In this document: positions 1 through 8,809 of the stretch, one piece after another
Layout: each line of letters begins with the position of its first letter
Position numbering within the stretch: position 1 is the stretch's first letter
From: a virus
Taxonomy: Duplodnaviria > Caudoviricetes
Strand: one strand, 5' to 3'
IMG/VR virus record: IMGVR_UViG_3300002185_000031
Location: 10,628-74,627 of that record
Length of the DNA stretch: 64,000 bases
The notes under the pieces: generated by a model
Seen by the model: the letters and a program-made list of their open reading frames with translations, nothing else
What the model was told of the DNA's origin: nothing
The model's database searches: none
Program-made: the position numbers and the translations under genes

Positions 1-600
1 ACTCTAACATAATATTAGCAACAAGTCAATAGATTTTCAATAAATATTTTCAAAATTTTTTTCCATCAAAAAAGAAACATTTTCTTTTTGCGAACAAAAC
101 AAAAACACTTTTTGGAACAGCCTATCATTTTTACACGCAAAAGGGAATTTACAAGAAAAAAAGCCCCATTTCTCTAGAAAAAACAACCCTTTTTAAATCG
201 CCTAATATATGGAAACTTTTTTGATAAATGGCGTAAATTAGCCATTCTTCTATCTGGGTACTTTTAATTTTTGAATTTTCTTAAAAATGGTAGAATGTTG
301 ATTTTTCGGGTTTTGTTGGCATTTTCGTAATTTTAAAATGTTTCAGTAAACAGTTGAAGTTATTTATCTCCTTAAGAACCCCTATATAAAATATAATATA
401 TTTTATATTAATCTTTATATAAATATTTTTATATATTAAAAATAGGGTTTATAAGGCTTAAATAAAGGGTTTTAGGGGGTTTTAAAAAGATTTAAAGTTT
501 AAGTTTACAAGGAAGTGAATATTTCGAGAAATGGCTTATTTATAAGGTTTATAGGTATTTTACAATAAATGTAAGTGTCTGAAAAAGGGGCAAAAACGCA
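1..600. other. AT-rich non-coding region; diverged inverted paralog of 43640-44270 (origin-like)
   Basis: Very AT-rich with no long ORF. Segments such as atctttatataaatattt..taaaatagggt match the reverse complement of ~43800-44215. Confidence 0.5.
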
Positions 601-616
601 CGAAAATTTTTGATGG

Positions 617-832
617 ATGGGGGTAAGGGCAATAAAAATAGCCCCCTACGCTAAAAAATGCGCAGGGGGTGAAAATGCCTTTTGCGGGGGTAAGCAAATG
701 TCAGCGTTTTGCAGATTAAAAGGCATTGAAATTAGGAAATGCGCTGATGATGGCGGCCAATACGGCGAAGTCAACAGCTATCCTATGGCAGTTTGGGATG
801 AATTTATGGGCAATTCTGCTCGCAAAAGGTAA
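617..832 (+). pseudogene. Probable antirepressor C-terminal fragment
   Basis: GKQMSAFCRLKGIEIRKC..YGEVNSYP resembles tails of Rha/BRO/KilA proteins; no convincing RBS or N-terminus. Confidence 0.3.
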
Positions 833-884
833 AAAGACCTTTTGCTTAAATAAAAAAACTCCCACCAACTAAGGCGGGAGCAAA

Positions 885-1691
885 TCATCTCTCATAATTA
901 TCAATCCCCTCAATATCATTAACACGAGAATCCCACAAATACCCCATTTCATATTGTTTCATACGGTCAAATCCGTTTTCTCTATGTCTATTGACAACAC
1001 GGTGAATCAGATATTTTTGCCCATGATTATGACTTGTCATCATGACAATATCGTCAATTTTAAGCCCTCCATGCAGCACTCCTTCTATAGCGGTTGTTTG
1101 AGGCTGTTTTGGACTGTTTAAGAGTGGTTCTTTACCTACTCCCTCCATAATGTCTAACCGAAAAACAACGTCACCAGAGGCGTGTAGAGCGGTATTTAGG
1201 GCACCCATAACTTTACCGCCTGATATATTAGGAATGGTAAGCGAAAAACTGCCATTTTGCATAGTGAGCCAGCGGCTGAAATCAATGCCTGCTATGCCAT
1301 AGTTCTGTGTATTTGGAGGCGGATTAACAACGCCGCCGCTTGTACCTACTGGAGCAGAAAAGCTCAAATTGAAAGCAGTCGAATCCCCCATCAAGTTAAA
1401 AAGCATAGCATTAAAATGATTGCTGACTTCATTCGCCGAACCTGTAAATTGCATTTCTCTAGGCTGTCCATAAACACGATGCACCAAAAATCTAACCTTT
1501 TTTACAATCACGTTATCAGTCAAATAGAAATGCTCGGAGGGCAACTCTATTTTTGAACTGTCAATCCTAATCAACAGCGGGTCAACTCTTACAACCGTAC
1601 CAAAATCTATTTTTGAATCTACTTTGTTGGAATCGCCAGCAATACATTCGTGCAAATCATTCACAAACTGTCCAAAATGTTCAATCATCAA
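885..1691 (-). CDS. Baseplate spike-like protein (XkdR/DUF2577-like) with large internal insertion
   Basis: N-terminal GTVVRVDPLLIRID and C-terminal GLKIDDIVMM..GQKYLI motifs; follows the XkdQ-like gene. Confidence 0.7.
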   Translation of the reverse strand: MMIEHFGQFVNDLHECIAGDSNKVDSKIDFGTVVRVDPLLIRIDSSKIELPSEHFYLTDNVIVKKVRFLVHRVYGQPREMQFTGSANEVSNHFNAMLFNLMGDSTAFNLSFSAPVGTSGGVVNPPPNTQNYGIAGIDFSRWLTMQNGSFSLTIPNISGGKVMGALNTALHASGDVVFRLDIMEGVGKEPLLNSPKQPQTTAIEGVLHGGLKIDDIVMMTSHNHGQKYLIHRVVNRHRENGFDRMKQYEMGYLWDSRVNDIEGIDNYER

Positions 1692-1692
1692 A

Positions 1693-2748
1693 TCACCTCA
1701 CAAAAAACAGCTCCAAATCCATCTTATGCGTATTAGCATGGTAAACATGTGTAACACTAGACAGGCTCATATAATGGTCGATTTTGCCCCTAGAAAGGCG
1801 TATCTGCACCCCATCTCCCGCTTGTAATCCATTTATACCTAATGCAGTCAAGCGAAGCCGCCTCTGCGGTCTATTAAATCCCTGCAAGTGCAGATTAAGC
1901 ATATCACTAATTTCTGCCTCCGTCATATGCTCCTGCGCCTCAACTGTCAACTGCCTAGGCCACCATCGGCGCACATTATTACTGTCATGCCGCTGCCAGA
2001 CTTCACGGAATCCTATCTCGTCATTATCACGTATAACTTTGATAATATTGTAGCTGCTCTCGTTGATATTGACGTTATAAGTAAAACTCTCTCCAAAACT
2101 CTCATCACCTAACACGTAAGGTGTACGCAAGGCTTGCAATTCTCTCCACGCAATAGTCCCCAGCTCATCCCGAATCATATACTGTCTAGGCTCTGCTATA
2201 TGCGCCAATGACATACTATCCATTATCATACTGTAAACAGTTTCGCCCAAAAATAAATGACTTTCCAGTGATGCAAAACTAGGCTCTTGCACAGCAAAAT
2301 TAAAGCCTTCACTTCCTAAGCTGCGCACACGGGCATTATGCTCTGTCATAACGTGAGTAAAAAACCCGCTGGCAGTCATCCCCACCGCCCTGTATGCTGT
2401 TTCGTTTGATTGCAAAAAGTGAAGATGGTCAACGGCTCGCAAAACGTAAACGGCACTATGCCCGCCATGTTGGGATAATTCTATCACCTCAATAATTCCA
2501 AAAAAATAATCCGTTCCATTCACTCCGAAACGGATACGGCTGCCCTCAGTGATAACAATGCCCTCGGCGGTGATATTTTCTTTCAGCATTACCTCCAGCG
2601 TACCGGGCTGACTAGCATTTCTTGAAGTTTGCCATGTGATTGATTCCACAAGTCGCATATCAGCTAAATCAAGCAAAATTCCGCTGTCTATGTCTTGTAC
2701 AAATAGGGTGATTTTATATTGTGATTGGCTTAGTGTATTGATGATCAT
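1693..2748 (-). CDS. Baseplate hub protein (XkdQ/gpD-like)
   Basis: 351 aa; ITWQTSR..PGTLEV, FFGII, LGINGLQAGDGV motifs; lies between LysM and XkdR-like genes. Confidence 0.75.
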   Translation of the reverse strand: MIINTLSQSQYKITLFVQDIDSGILLDLADMRLVESITWQTSRNASQPGTLEVMLKENITAEGIVITEGSRIRFGVNGTDYFFGIIEVIELSQHGGHSAVYVLRAVDHLHFLQSNETAYRAVGMTASGFFTHVMTEHNARVRSLGSEGFNFAVQEPSFASLESHLFLGETVYSMIMDSMSLAHIAEPRQYMIRDELGTIAWRELQALRTPYVLGDESFGESFTYNVNINESSYNIIKVIRDNDEIGFREVWQRHDSNNVRRWWPRQLTVEAQEHMTEAEISDMLNLHLQGFNRPQRRLRLTALGINGLQAGDGVQIRLSRGKIDHYMSLSSVTHVYHANTHKMDLELFFVR

Positions 2749-2789
2749 TTTATCACCTCAATAAAAAACCGCCTTTTGGGCGGTTGTGG
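2746..2789 (-). repeat. 44-bp exact repeat (terminator + RBS + ATG), copy 1
   Basis: Identical to 4153-4196: ccacaaccgcccaaaaggcggttttttattgaggtgataaaatg on the minus strand. Confidence 0.95.
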
Positions 2790-2857
2790 CTATCACGCAT
2801 ACCAACATTCTGGATATTCACGCCTCCAAACGTTATTGCGCAATAGGACTATTTTTA

Positions 2858-3562
2858 TTACCATGAATCTGGTAATCGGAATACTTGACCAGGAAATATC
2901 AAATTTCCCTGTCGGTGCGCCCCTGCTCTAGCATGTATTACATCTTGATTCAGCTCATACAACTCCCGCCAATTTGCCCCATTCCCGCTAAATCTCTGCG
3001 CTATACCCCACAAAGTATCACCACGAACAACCGTATAAGTTTCAGGCGAAGACGGCGGCACATTAACAACAGGCGGCGGTGGTGCTTCAACAGCTATCCC
3101 TTGCGGCGTATCTATCATCTGCAAAGTCTGAACCTCATGCGGCACATACTCAATCAAATCAAGCCTATAATGGATATCATCAGGGAAAAGGCTATCAATT
3201 TCCCTATTACGATACTCACATAACACCATTACATTAGTTGCATAAGTGGGAATATCGCTGACAATAACCAGCCTTGCAGGCTCTCGGCTGCGTTGCCATA
3301 TATGCAGATAATCATTATACTGCCGTGCTGTAAATCCGCCCTCAATGTACCTATCTATCCAGCGTTGACTAAACTGACTGTCTATAGATACCGTGGCAAG
3401 TCCTTGAAATGATGGAGCGGACACATCGCCCACGCTTAATATATTATGTATTTGGGCTTGTGAGGCTCTGGGGAAGTCCAAACGGTCTACCAGCTCTGGG
3501 ATAATCAAACTCCCGCCGGGGAATCCGTGCCATTCTAAGTGTATGAAACATCTTCTTGTCAT
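2858..3562 (-). CDS. LysM-domain tail tube initiator (XkdP-like)
   Basis: C-terminal LysM: YTVVRGDTLWGIAQRFSGNGANWRELYELN..NLIFPGQVFRLP. Confidence 0.9.
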   Translation of the reverse strand: MTRRCFIHLEWHGFPGGSLIIPELVDRLDFPRASQAQIHNILSVGDVSAPSFQGLATVSIDSQFSQRWIDRYIEGGFTARQYNDYLHIWQRSREPARLVIVSDIPTYATNVMVLCEYRNREIDSLFPDDIHYRLDLIEYVPHEVQTLQMIDTPQGIAVEAPPPPVVNVPPSSPETYTVVRGDTLWGIAQRFSGNGANWRELYELNQDVIHARAGAHRQGNLIFPGQVFRLPDSW

Positions 3563-4155
3563 GACAACTCATCCCCAATCAACTTAACACCCAAATCCCA
3601 ACTCTTAACCTTATCATACTCATCAGGCATCTGCAACTCGCTAACCTCAACATTAAAATAAAACCGCAAAATCCCGTCCGAAGTATCTCCCGCATGTCGA
3701 TTTTGAGTAGCCACAATATCCCCCCAAGGCATGGCAATAGATGACAAAACCCGTTCCAAAGTCAGCTCCATCCACTCAAGAGCCTCATTAAGACGTGCCA
3801 CGACTTCCCGATTTTGCGGGTCTATGTTAATATGATAAAATAATCCAATCAAATACTGATAAAAATATCGGACATAATCCCCCTCACGCTGCCGCTGTAT
3901 CGTGTGCCTGTCAATCTGATAAACGTAAATAAAAGGAAAATGCCGATTGTCTTTTGTGCCGTGCGCAATGCCAGTTACAGCATCAATCTCACCTGTTTCC
4001 GTGTAGACGTTCAACCTGTGCACATTAGGAGGCTGTGGTCGCCATGTTCCGTCTGGCTGTTGTATCGGCGGACGAGCTATAGCAACCGTAGGAATCCACC
4101 GCCGAATTTCGGCGACTGTTGCGTTTTTTACGTCTGATGGGGATAGGATATGCAT
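3559..4155 (-). CDS. Probable tail terminator/completion protein
   Basis: Size, DGILRFYFNV C-terminal strand, and position downstream of the gp10-like gene. Confidence 0.5.
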   Translation of the reverse strand: MHILSPSDVKNATVAEIRRWIPTVAIARPPIQQPDGTWRPQPPNVHRLNVYTETGEIDAVTGIAHGTKDNRHFPFIYVYQIDRHTIQRQREGDYVRYFYQYLIGLFYHINIDPQNREVVARLNEALEWMELTLERVLSSIAMPWGDIVATQNRHAGDTSDGILRFYFNVEVSELQMPDEYDKVKSWDLGVKLIGDELS

Positions 4156-4196
4156 TTTATCACCTCAATAAAAAACCGCCTTTTGGGCGGTTGTGG
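4153..4196 (-). repeat. 44-bp exact repeat (terminator + RBS + ATG), copy 2
   Basis: Identical to 2746-2789. Confidence 0.95.
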
Positions 4197-4408
4197 TTTT
4201 AGTTGTTGTTTTTAGATTGCCATTGGGCTTTATATTCTTTGAGTGATAACCCACCATTGGGACCAAATTTATCATCGTGGTCTTCATATTGTAACGGGTC
4301 ATCTTGCCACTTGCAATTTTCGCAAATATCAAAACCACCTCTATCTTCAAAAGCCAATTCACCGCATATTGGACAATCATATTTTTTATCTCCTCATTTC
4401 CTATTGGG

Positions 4409-4609
4409 TTATTCTTCAACGATATCAAATATATCAACTTCATAAGGCTCTTGTTCGTCATGGTCATCTTCGTAGAGCATATAATGGAGGCCTTTTTCAT
4501 TGCTGTCATCGTATGTCATTTCAATTATTTCTTCTACTTCATATATTTTACCATGTGTTAAACTAGGATATTCTCCTGTAGCCTTGTTTGCATTAAATCT
4601 CACCTTCAT
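4409..4609 (-). CDS. Small acidic protein, putative immunity protein
   Basis: MKVRF..LTHGKIYEV..YEVDIFDIVEE resembles immunity genes that follow MuF-type toxins; RBS present. Confidence 0.55.
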   Translation of the reverse strand: MKVRFNANKATGEYPSLTHGKIYEVEEIIEMTYDDSNEKGLHYMLYEDDHDEQEPYEVDIFDIVEE

Positions 4610-4622
4610 ATATTGCCCTCCC

Positions 4623-5237
4623 CTAAAACATTCTTTTTACTTTCTGTTCAACGTAACCAATATTGGGATTATAAAAAGAGTGTACTCTTGCCCTCTTCCG
4701 CTGACCATCCACATCCAAGGTAACATTGCAAGCCTTTTTCTGCCAATCTGTTGCGTTACCGCCATATTGTTTCGCTAATCTGTCGGCTTGCTGAACAGTC
4801 TTTTTGCTCTGTCCTCCTGCAATATCATCTTTTTCTACAACAGATGCATTTGCTACAACATTAAACCTCTTCCCACTAATCTCATCATACACCTCTGCAA
4901 TTGTCGCTGATGGCGTTGTTATTTTACCTTTTGGCTTTTCATCTTTGACTTCATCTTCTTTGTCAGGTTCTTTAGTTTCACTTCCTACATCGTCCTTTGT
5001 GCAATTAGGATTATTACAATTACCAGTTTCCTTTTCAAGAAATCCACCGCAATCAGGGCATTTCTCCGATTTATTCCCAACCACCCCATCAAAACAAGCC
5101 CCACACCCATTACACAACTTTGCCTTATTAATCACAAATAGAGTGTTGTTCTTGAAACAGCAGTATGGGGTGATTTGGAGGGTGGTTTTGTGCCTTTTAA
5201 GTCTGTTTGGTATCAGTAGTTTCTTTAATTTTTGCAA
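4623..5237 (-). CDS. Putative polymorphic toxin (Cys-rich N-terminus, charged linker, nuclease-like C-terminus)
   Basis: TTG start after AGGAG; C-terminal IAGGQSKKTVQQADRLAKQYGGNATDWQKKA; CxxC clusters; own promoter at 5261-5289. Confidence 0.5.
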   Translation of the reverse strand: MQKLKKLLIPNRLKRHKTTLQITPYCCFKNNTLFVINKAKLCNGCGACFDGVVGNKSEKCPDCGGFLEKETGNCNNPNCTKDDVGSETKEPDKEDEVKDEKPKGKITTPSATIAEVYDEISGKRFNVVANASVVEKDDIAGGQSKKTVQQADRLAKQYGGNATDWQKKACNVTLDVDGQRKRARVHSFYNPNIGYVEQKVKRMF

Positions 5238-5260
5238 TAATATCACTCCTGCTAAACATC

Positions 5261-5289
5261 ATCATATCATACCCATTACACAATGTCAA
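5261..5289 (-). promoter_or_regulatory. Sigma-A promoter, family A, with CATT-N4-AATG operator
   Basis: TTGACA-ttgtgtaatgggtatga-TATGAT (17-nt spacer). Confidence 0.85.
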
Positions 5290-5290
5290 A

Positions 5291-5689
5291 TCATTTTTCA
5301 AACTTTTTAGCAAACTTTTCTTGATATCTCTCTTCCCGCCCAATCGCCGCCTTATTCATACCCCGCAGCCAAAAAAATAAGGGCTTTTCTCGTGGGGTTA
5401 CAAATTCGCCGCTGATGTAGTGGGTGAATCCTTCGTTGACGAACGAAGCATAAGGCGCATAATTCATCCATTCAGCAGAAGTAATATCTCCCTCTGTAAC
5501 AGGTTCTGTAGTATCAAAAGAATCCGCAAGCTGTCCTGTGTCAACAGGGGTATAAATAGCTACTTCTGCCGCAAAATGAGCAAACTCATCTTTCAAAAAT
5601 TGTTTGTTCATATCGGGGATTTCCTGTTGCGCTTGTATGATAGTGTTTAGCAGCTCATCTAATCCGCTTGTGTCTGTGTTAATTTTCAT
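5291..5689 (-). CDS. HK97 gp10-like neck/tail-completion protein
   Basis: TPVDTGQLADSF..NYAPYASFVNEG signature. Confidence 0.9.
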   Translation of the reverse strand: MKINTDTSGLDELLNTIIQAQQEIPDMNKQFLKDEFAHFAAEVAIYTPVDTGQLADSFDTTEPVTEGDITSAEWMNYAPYASFVNEGFTHYISGEFVTPREKPLFFWLRGMNKAAIGREERYQEKFAKKFEK

Positions 5690-5700
5690 TTTTTAACCCC

Positions 5701-6771
5701 CTAATTAAACCAATCATACCAAAACGTAACATAAGCCCCCAACTCAGCAGCAGTAGGCGTAACAGCCCTCAAATCAAACCGCCATTCATTCCCAACCCGC
5801 TCCGCTCTCCGTATCTCCATAACATCCCCATCAGGATATAGACGAACCCGCCGCCCTATCTGTGTCATAGGGATAGTCGCAAAATTAGTAGGGTGGACAA
5901 CCGCCCCCACCTCAGTCATAGGCGGTATGCGAATAGCAATATGTATTAAATCCCCAGTCTGCCCTAAATAATGTAAATTTAACCGCCCCCACCAATGCGC
6001 CCCTGTTTCTCTCATGCCCATATTATTAGTATATGCACCTGTAGAGAAGTTTCGCAAGTAAATGGGTACAGTAACCTTTTCATAAACAAATTCAATCGTA
6101 TATTTTTCGTTTTTCGGTGTTAATGTCAATTTATCATCATGTATTATCTCATTATCAAAATTCATATGTAAAAAGTCAAAGCCGTGTATTTCTAACGCCT
6201 CAATATCTATTTCCTCATATCGTGGCACACTCTTAATGATTGAAGTTCTTATCTCATTCCCTGTGGCATCTACAAAACGAATCGTCAACTCGCTCACAGT
6301 TTCAGGCGCAACAGGCTTTTCCTCTTCGGGCGGCAGCGGTGTAACATCATTGATGATATCATCCCGCCCCAGTGCATTCATAGCCAAAGATATCCTTTTG
6401 CGACTGTGCCATGTTGTAGGACTGCCTGCTATGCCTCTAAAAGCATCTTTAATATTTCCCTCTGAATCGGGTATTTTAATAATAATCGTGTCATTATTTC
6501 GCACGTCTGTATCAGTAGGCATGTGTATAGTATAAGATGTAATAACAGGAAACGTGCTTGTTGCGTTAGGGTCTGGATTATCCACCGCCCCCGCTGTCAT
6601 ATGTACAGGTATATTGCTGTATATTTCAGTTATAGCGGGTTGCATAGGTAACTGTCGTCGCACATCCATATAATGAGTGTCAAATATTTCAGCTAATGCC
6701 TTGCCCATCTGCTCAAGTTGATATCGTTCCCGCCTGTGTATTCGTGTTTGCGCCTCACTTCGCCATGACAT
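5701..6771 (-). CDS. Head-closure-like protein fused to a MucBP-like domain and an extra C-terminal domain
   Basis: N-terminal ~140 aa adaptor-like (YTIHMPTDTDVRNNDTIII); LTIRFVDATGNEI..IHGFDF..IEFVYEK is MucBP-like. Confidence 0.6.
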   Translation of the reverse strand: MSWRSEAQTRIHRRERYQLEQMGKALAEIFDTHYMDVRRQLPMQPAITEIYSNIPVHMTAGAVDNPDPNATSTFPVITSYTIHMPTDTDVRNNDTIIIKIPDSEGNIKDAFRGIAGSPTTWHSRKRISLAMNALGRDDIINDVTPLPPEEEKPVAPETVSELTIRFVDATGNEIRTSIIKSVPRYEEIDIEALEIHGFDFLHMNFDNEIIHDDKLTLTPKNEKYTIEFVYEKVTVPIYLRNFSTGAYTNNMGMRETGAHWWGRLNLHYLGQTGDLIHIAIRIPPMTEVGAVVHPTNFATIPMTQIGRRVRLYPDGDVMEIRRAERVGNEWRFDLRAVTPTAAELGAYVTFWYDWFN

Positions 6772-6772
6772 G

Positions 6773-7279
6773 TTATCCTCTCCTCTGCCGCCATTCTAAA
6801 AATCCAATCTTTTCCAGTTTCTTAAAAAGTTTATTCATTTCGCTGGTAATCACATTTTCACTAACATTCAACGCTTGCCCGACTTGATTTCGAGATAGCA
6901 GCGTACCTTTTCTAAACATCCTCAAATAGTCATTATGAGGAAAGTCGGCGGGGTCATAACCAAAATATCTCAACTTGATAATGTCAATCTGCATACTATT
7001 AGGGGCAGCCTCTTCGATTATTCTTTGCAAGTCGCTTTTGACTGCTGTTTTTAGCTCTTTTCGCATTTCTTTTTTGATATCTATGGTTATCGCCCTCCTG
7101 CAATTAAAAAACTGCCTTTTCGGCAGTTTGGGATTATGTTCTAGGTTCGTAAAATTCGCAAGCCTCATCATCATATACAGTCCAGTCGGAATGTCTTTCC
7201 GATTCATGATTTTCGCATACAAAATCAAAATCAGCTTGCGTGTTGGGCTTGGCGTGTATGCATTTTCCGCAAATTTCAT
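6773..7279 (-). CDS. RinA/ArpU-like transcriptional activator (second copy)
   Basis: IIKLRYF..SRNQVGQALNVSENVIT C-terminal HTH. Confidence 0.55.
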   Translation of the reverse strand: MKFAENAYTPSPTRKLILILYAKIMNRKDIPTGLYMMMRLANFTNLEHNPKLPKRQFFNCRRAITIDIKKEMRKELKTAVKSDLQRIIEEAAPNSMQIDIIKLRYFGYDPADFPHNDYLRMFRKGTLLSRNQVGQALNVSENVITSEMNKLFKKLEKIGFLEWRQRRG

Positions 7280-7281
7280 TT

Positions 7282-7488
7282 TTATTTTTCAATATTATCA
7301 TCTCCAGTCTTTAATTGCAATCCAATAAGAAAAGCATTTATGCAAGCCGTAATCACACTCGCTCCTATAGTTGCCAATGCTAAGCCAATCCGAAAATTAC
7401 CGTTTGCTATTCCGTGAAGGTTAATTGCTATTATTATAAGTGCGATAATTAGTAATATGAGGTTTTGGTATATTTGCTTTAGGTTTAT
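7282..7488 (-). CDS. 68-aa two-TM membrane protein with apparent ATA start (not in ORF track)
   Basis: Open frame INLKQIYQNLILLIIALIIIAINLHG..LIGLQLKTGDDNIEK after AGGATGTGA; no ATG in frame. Confidence 0.5.
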   Translation of the reverse strand: MNLKQIYQNLILLIIALIIIAINLHGIANGNFRIGLALATIGASVITACINAFLIGLQLKTGDDNIEK

Positions 7489-7568
7489 TTTATCACATCC
7501 TTTACTTGCCTGTAAGCCCCTATTATACTATAAAAAATCGTCCAATTAAAGACAATTTTTTATTAGCA

Positions 7569-8201
7569 CTATTTCATTTCGATAGCATTTTGCGCCGTCA
7601 ATTTAACATAATATAATTTCAAAGCACTTTTGCGCTTATAAAAATCAGGCTCTATAAGCAACATGCCCACATCTGCACGTTGTAGCTTTTCAATCAAATC
7701 AATCTGCTGTGCGTTAAGAAATGGTCTTATGCTTGGCTCTTTGGGGTCAATATTATTAACTTCTTTAAACTCTTTTGCAGTCATCCCCAAAACAATGCGA
7801 TTAATCATATCACATTCATTGCTATAGTGATAATACTTAGGTTCATCATGCAAAGCCTTTATATTGTCGGTCAGTTCTGGAAACTGCATCCTTGCAAGTC
7901 GTTTTGACGTTATAAATTGTTCCATCTCGTTAAACTTGCGGATGTATAACTCTTTGAACTGTGCCGCCTTTGCGCCAGTAAAACCCATAGCAAGAAACAT
8001 AAATCCATCTCTTGTCATAAGATACATAGGATATTCTTTCCCACGTGTCTTGTAATTTGATAGCCGATAATTCGTCCGTGAAAATTCATCGCTACATTCC
8101 AAACTTCTAATTGATTCAAGTACATGTTTATGTTCCTTTCCAAACACTTCCGCAACTCTCATGCTTGTACATACTGCTGTTTCTTTTTCAACAATTACCA
8201 T
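7569..8201 (-). CDS. rha: Rha-family antirepressor/regulator
   Basis: CTSMRVAEVFGKEHKHVLESIR..YLMTRDGFMFLAMGFTGAKAAQFKELYI..FNEME; start reassigned to MVIVEK. Confidence 0.9.
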   Translation of the reverse strand: MVIVEKETAVCTSMRVAEVFGKEHKHVLESIRSLECSDEFSRTNYRLSNYKTRGKEYPMYLMTRDGFMFLAMGFTGAKAAQFKELYIRKFNEMEQFITSKRLARMQFPELTDNIKALHDEPKYYHYSNECDMINRIVLGMTAKEFKEVNNIDPKEPSIRPFLNAQQIDLIEKLQRADVGMLLIEPDFYKRKSALKLYYVKLTAQNAIEMK

Positions 8202-8211
8202 TTCATCATTC

Positions 8212-8475
8212 TTAATTTTTCCATGTGGCAGTTGGATTGATAATCTGCTGATTGATATTCTGTAAATCAAACTCACCATCTTCTGTGTCGCCCCATTCAA
8301 AGACAAACTCCACATTATCCCGATTTTGGCTAGACAACCCCCGCCCAACAGCCAACCCCAAATTAATCATCAACAATACGACAATAAAAATGCTCTTATA
8401 ACTACCGATTACGCAAAACAACTCGACCGCTAGACGGCGCATTTGAATTAAGTCTAACCGTAACAGAATTTCCAA
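8212..8475 (-). CDS. Small membrane protein, paralog of the 8810-9154 C-terminus
   Basis: TM segment followed by EFVFEWGDTEDGEFDLQNINQQI, versus EFIVEWGDMEDSEVQMQDVQQI in 8810-9154; start uncertain. Confidence 0.45.
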   Translation of the reverse strand: MEILLRLDLIQMRRLAVELFCVIGSYKSIFIVVLLMINLGLAVGRGLSSQNRDNVEFVFEWGDTEDGEFDLQNINQQIINPTATWKN

Positions 8476-8626
8476 GTCCTAAACGTCTGCCTATGGGGTT
8501 GCTGTTTCTTCTTATTGTTGCTCTGCCATCTCGCACATCGGGCAATGCAGTATTATTGAGATTGTATATTGTATCTCTATTATTAGTCAATTTTTGCGTA
8601 ACCCTAAATCTACGCCGTTCAGCCAT
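8402..8626 (-). CDS. Small basic R/N-rich protein
   Basis: MAERRRFRVTQKL.. after a GGGGG RBS. Confidence 0.5.
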   Translation of the reverse strand: MAERRRFRVTQKLTNNRDTIYNLNNTALPDVRDGRATIRRNSNPIGRRLGLGNSVTVRLNSNAPSSGRVVLRNR

Positions 8627-8642
8627 AACACACCCCCAAACA

Positions 8643-8770
8643 AAAACCGCCCTAAAAGGACGGTTGAAAAGTCGTTTAAGCAAATTTGCTGTAAAACCTA
8701 CCTTCGTTTTAATTAGCAGGCAGGGGCGTTAGGTATTACGCCCCTGCCCACTTGCGCAAGCCGTTCCGCT
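8643..8770 (-). ncRNA. Candidate ~130-nt sRNA
   Basis: Promoter TTACGC-N17-TACAAT (8777-8805), GC-rich hairpin gcaggggcgt/acgcccctgc, terminator 8642-8665; no ORF. Confidence 0.4.
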
Positions 8771-8809
8771 TGATTTATTGTATCATAAAAGAACCTTTTG
8801 CGTAATAGG

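Noticed and set aside
2790-2857. 22-codon micro-ORF MNIQNVGMRDSHNRPKGGFLLR after GGAGG
   Set aside because: Runs through the terminator; probably a remnant of a lost cassette and not supportable as a gene.
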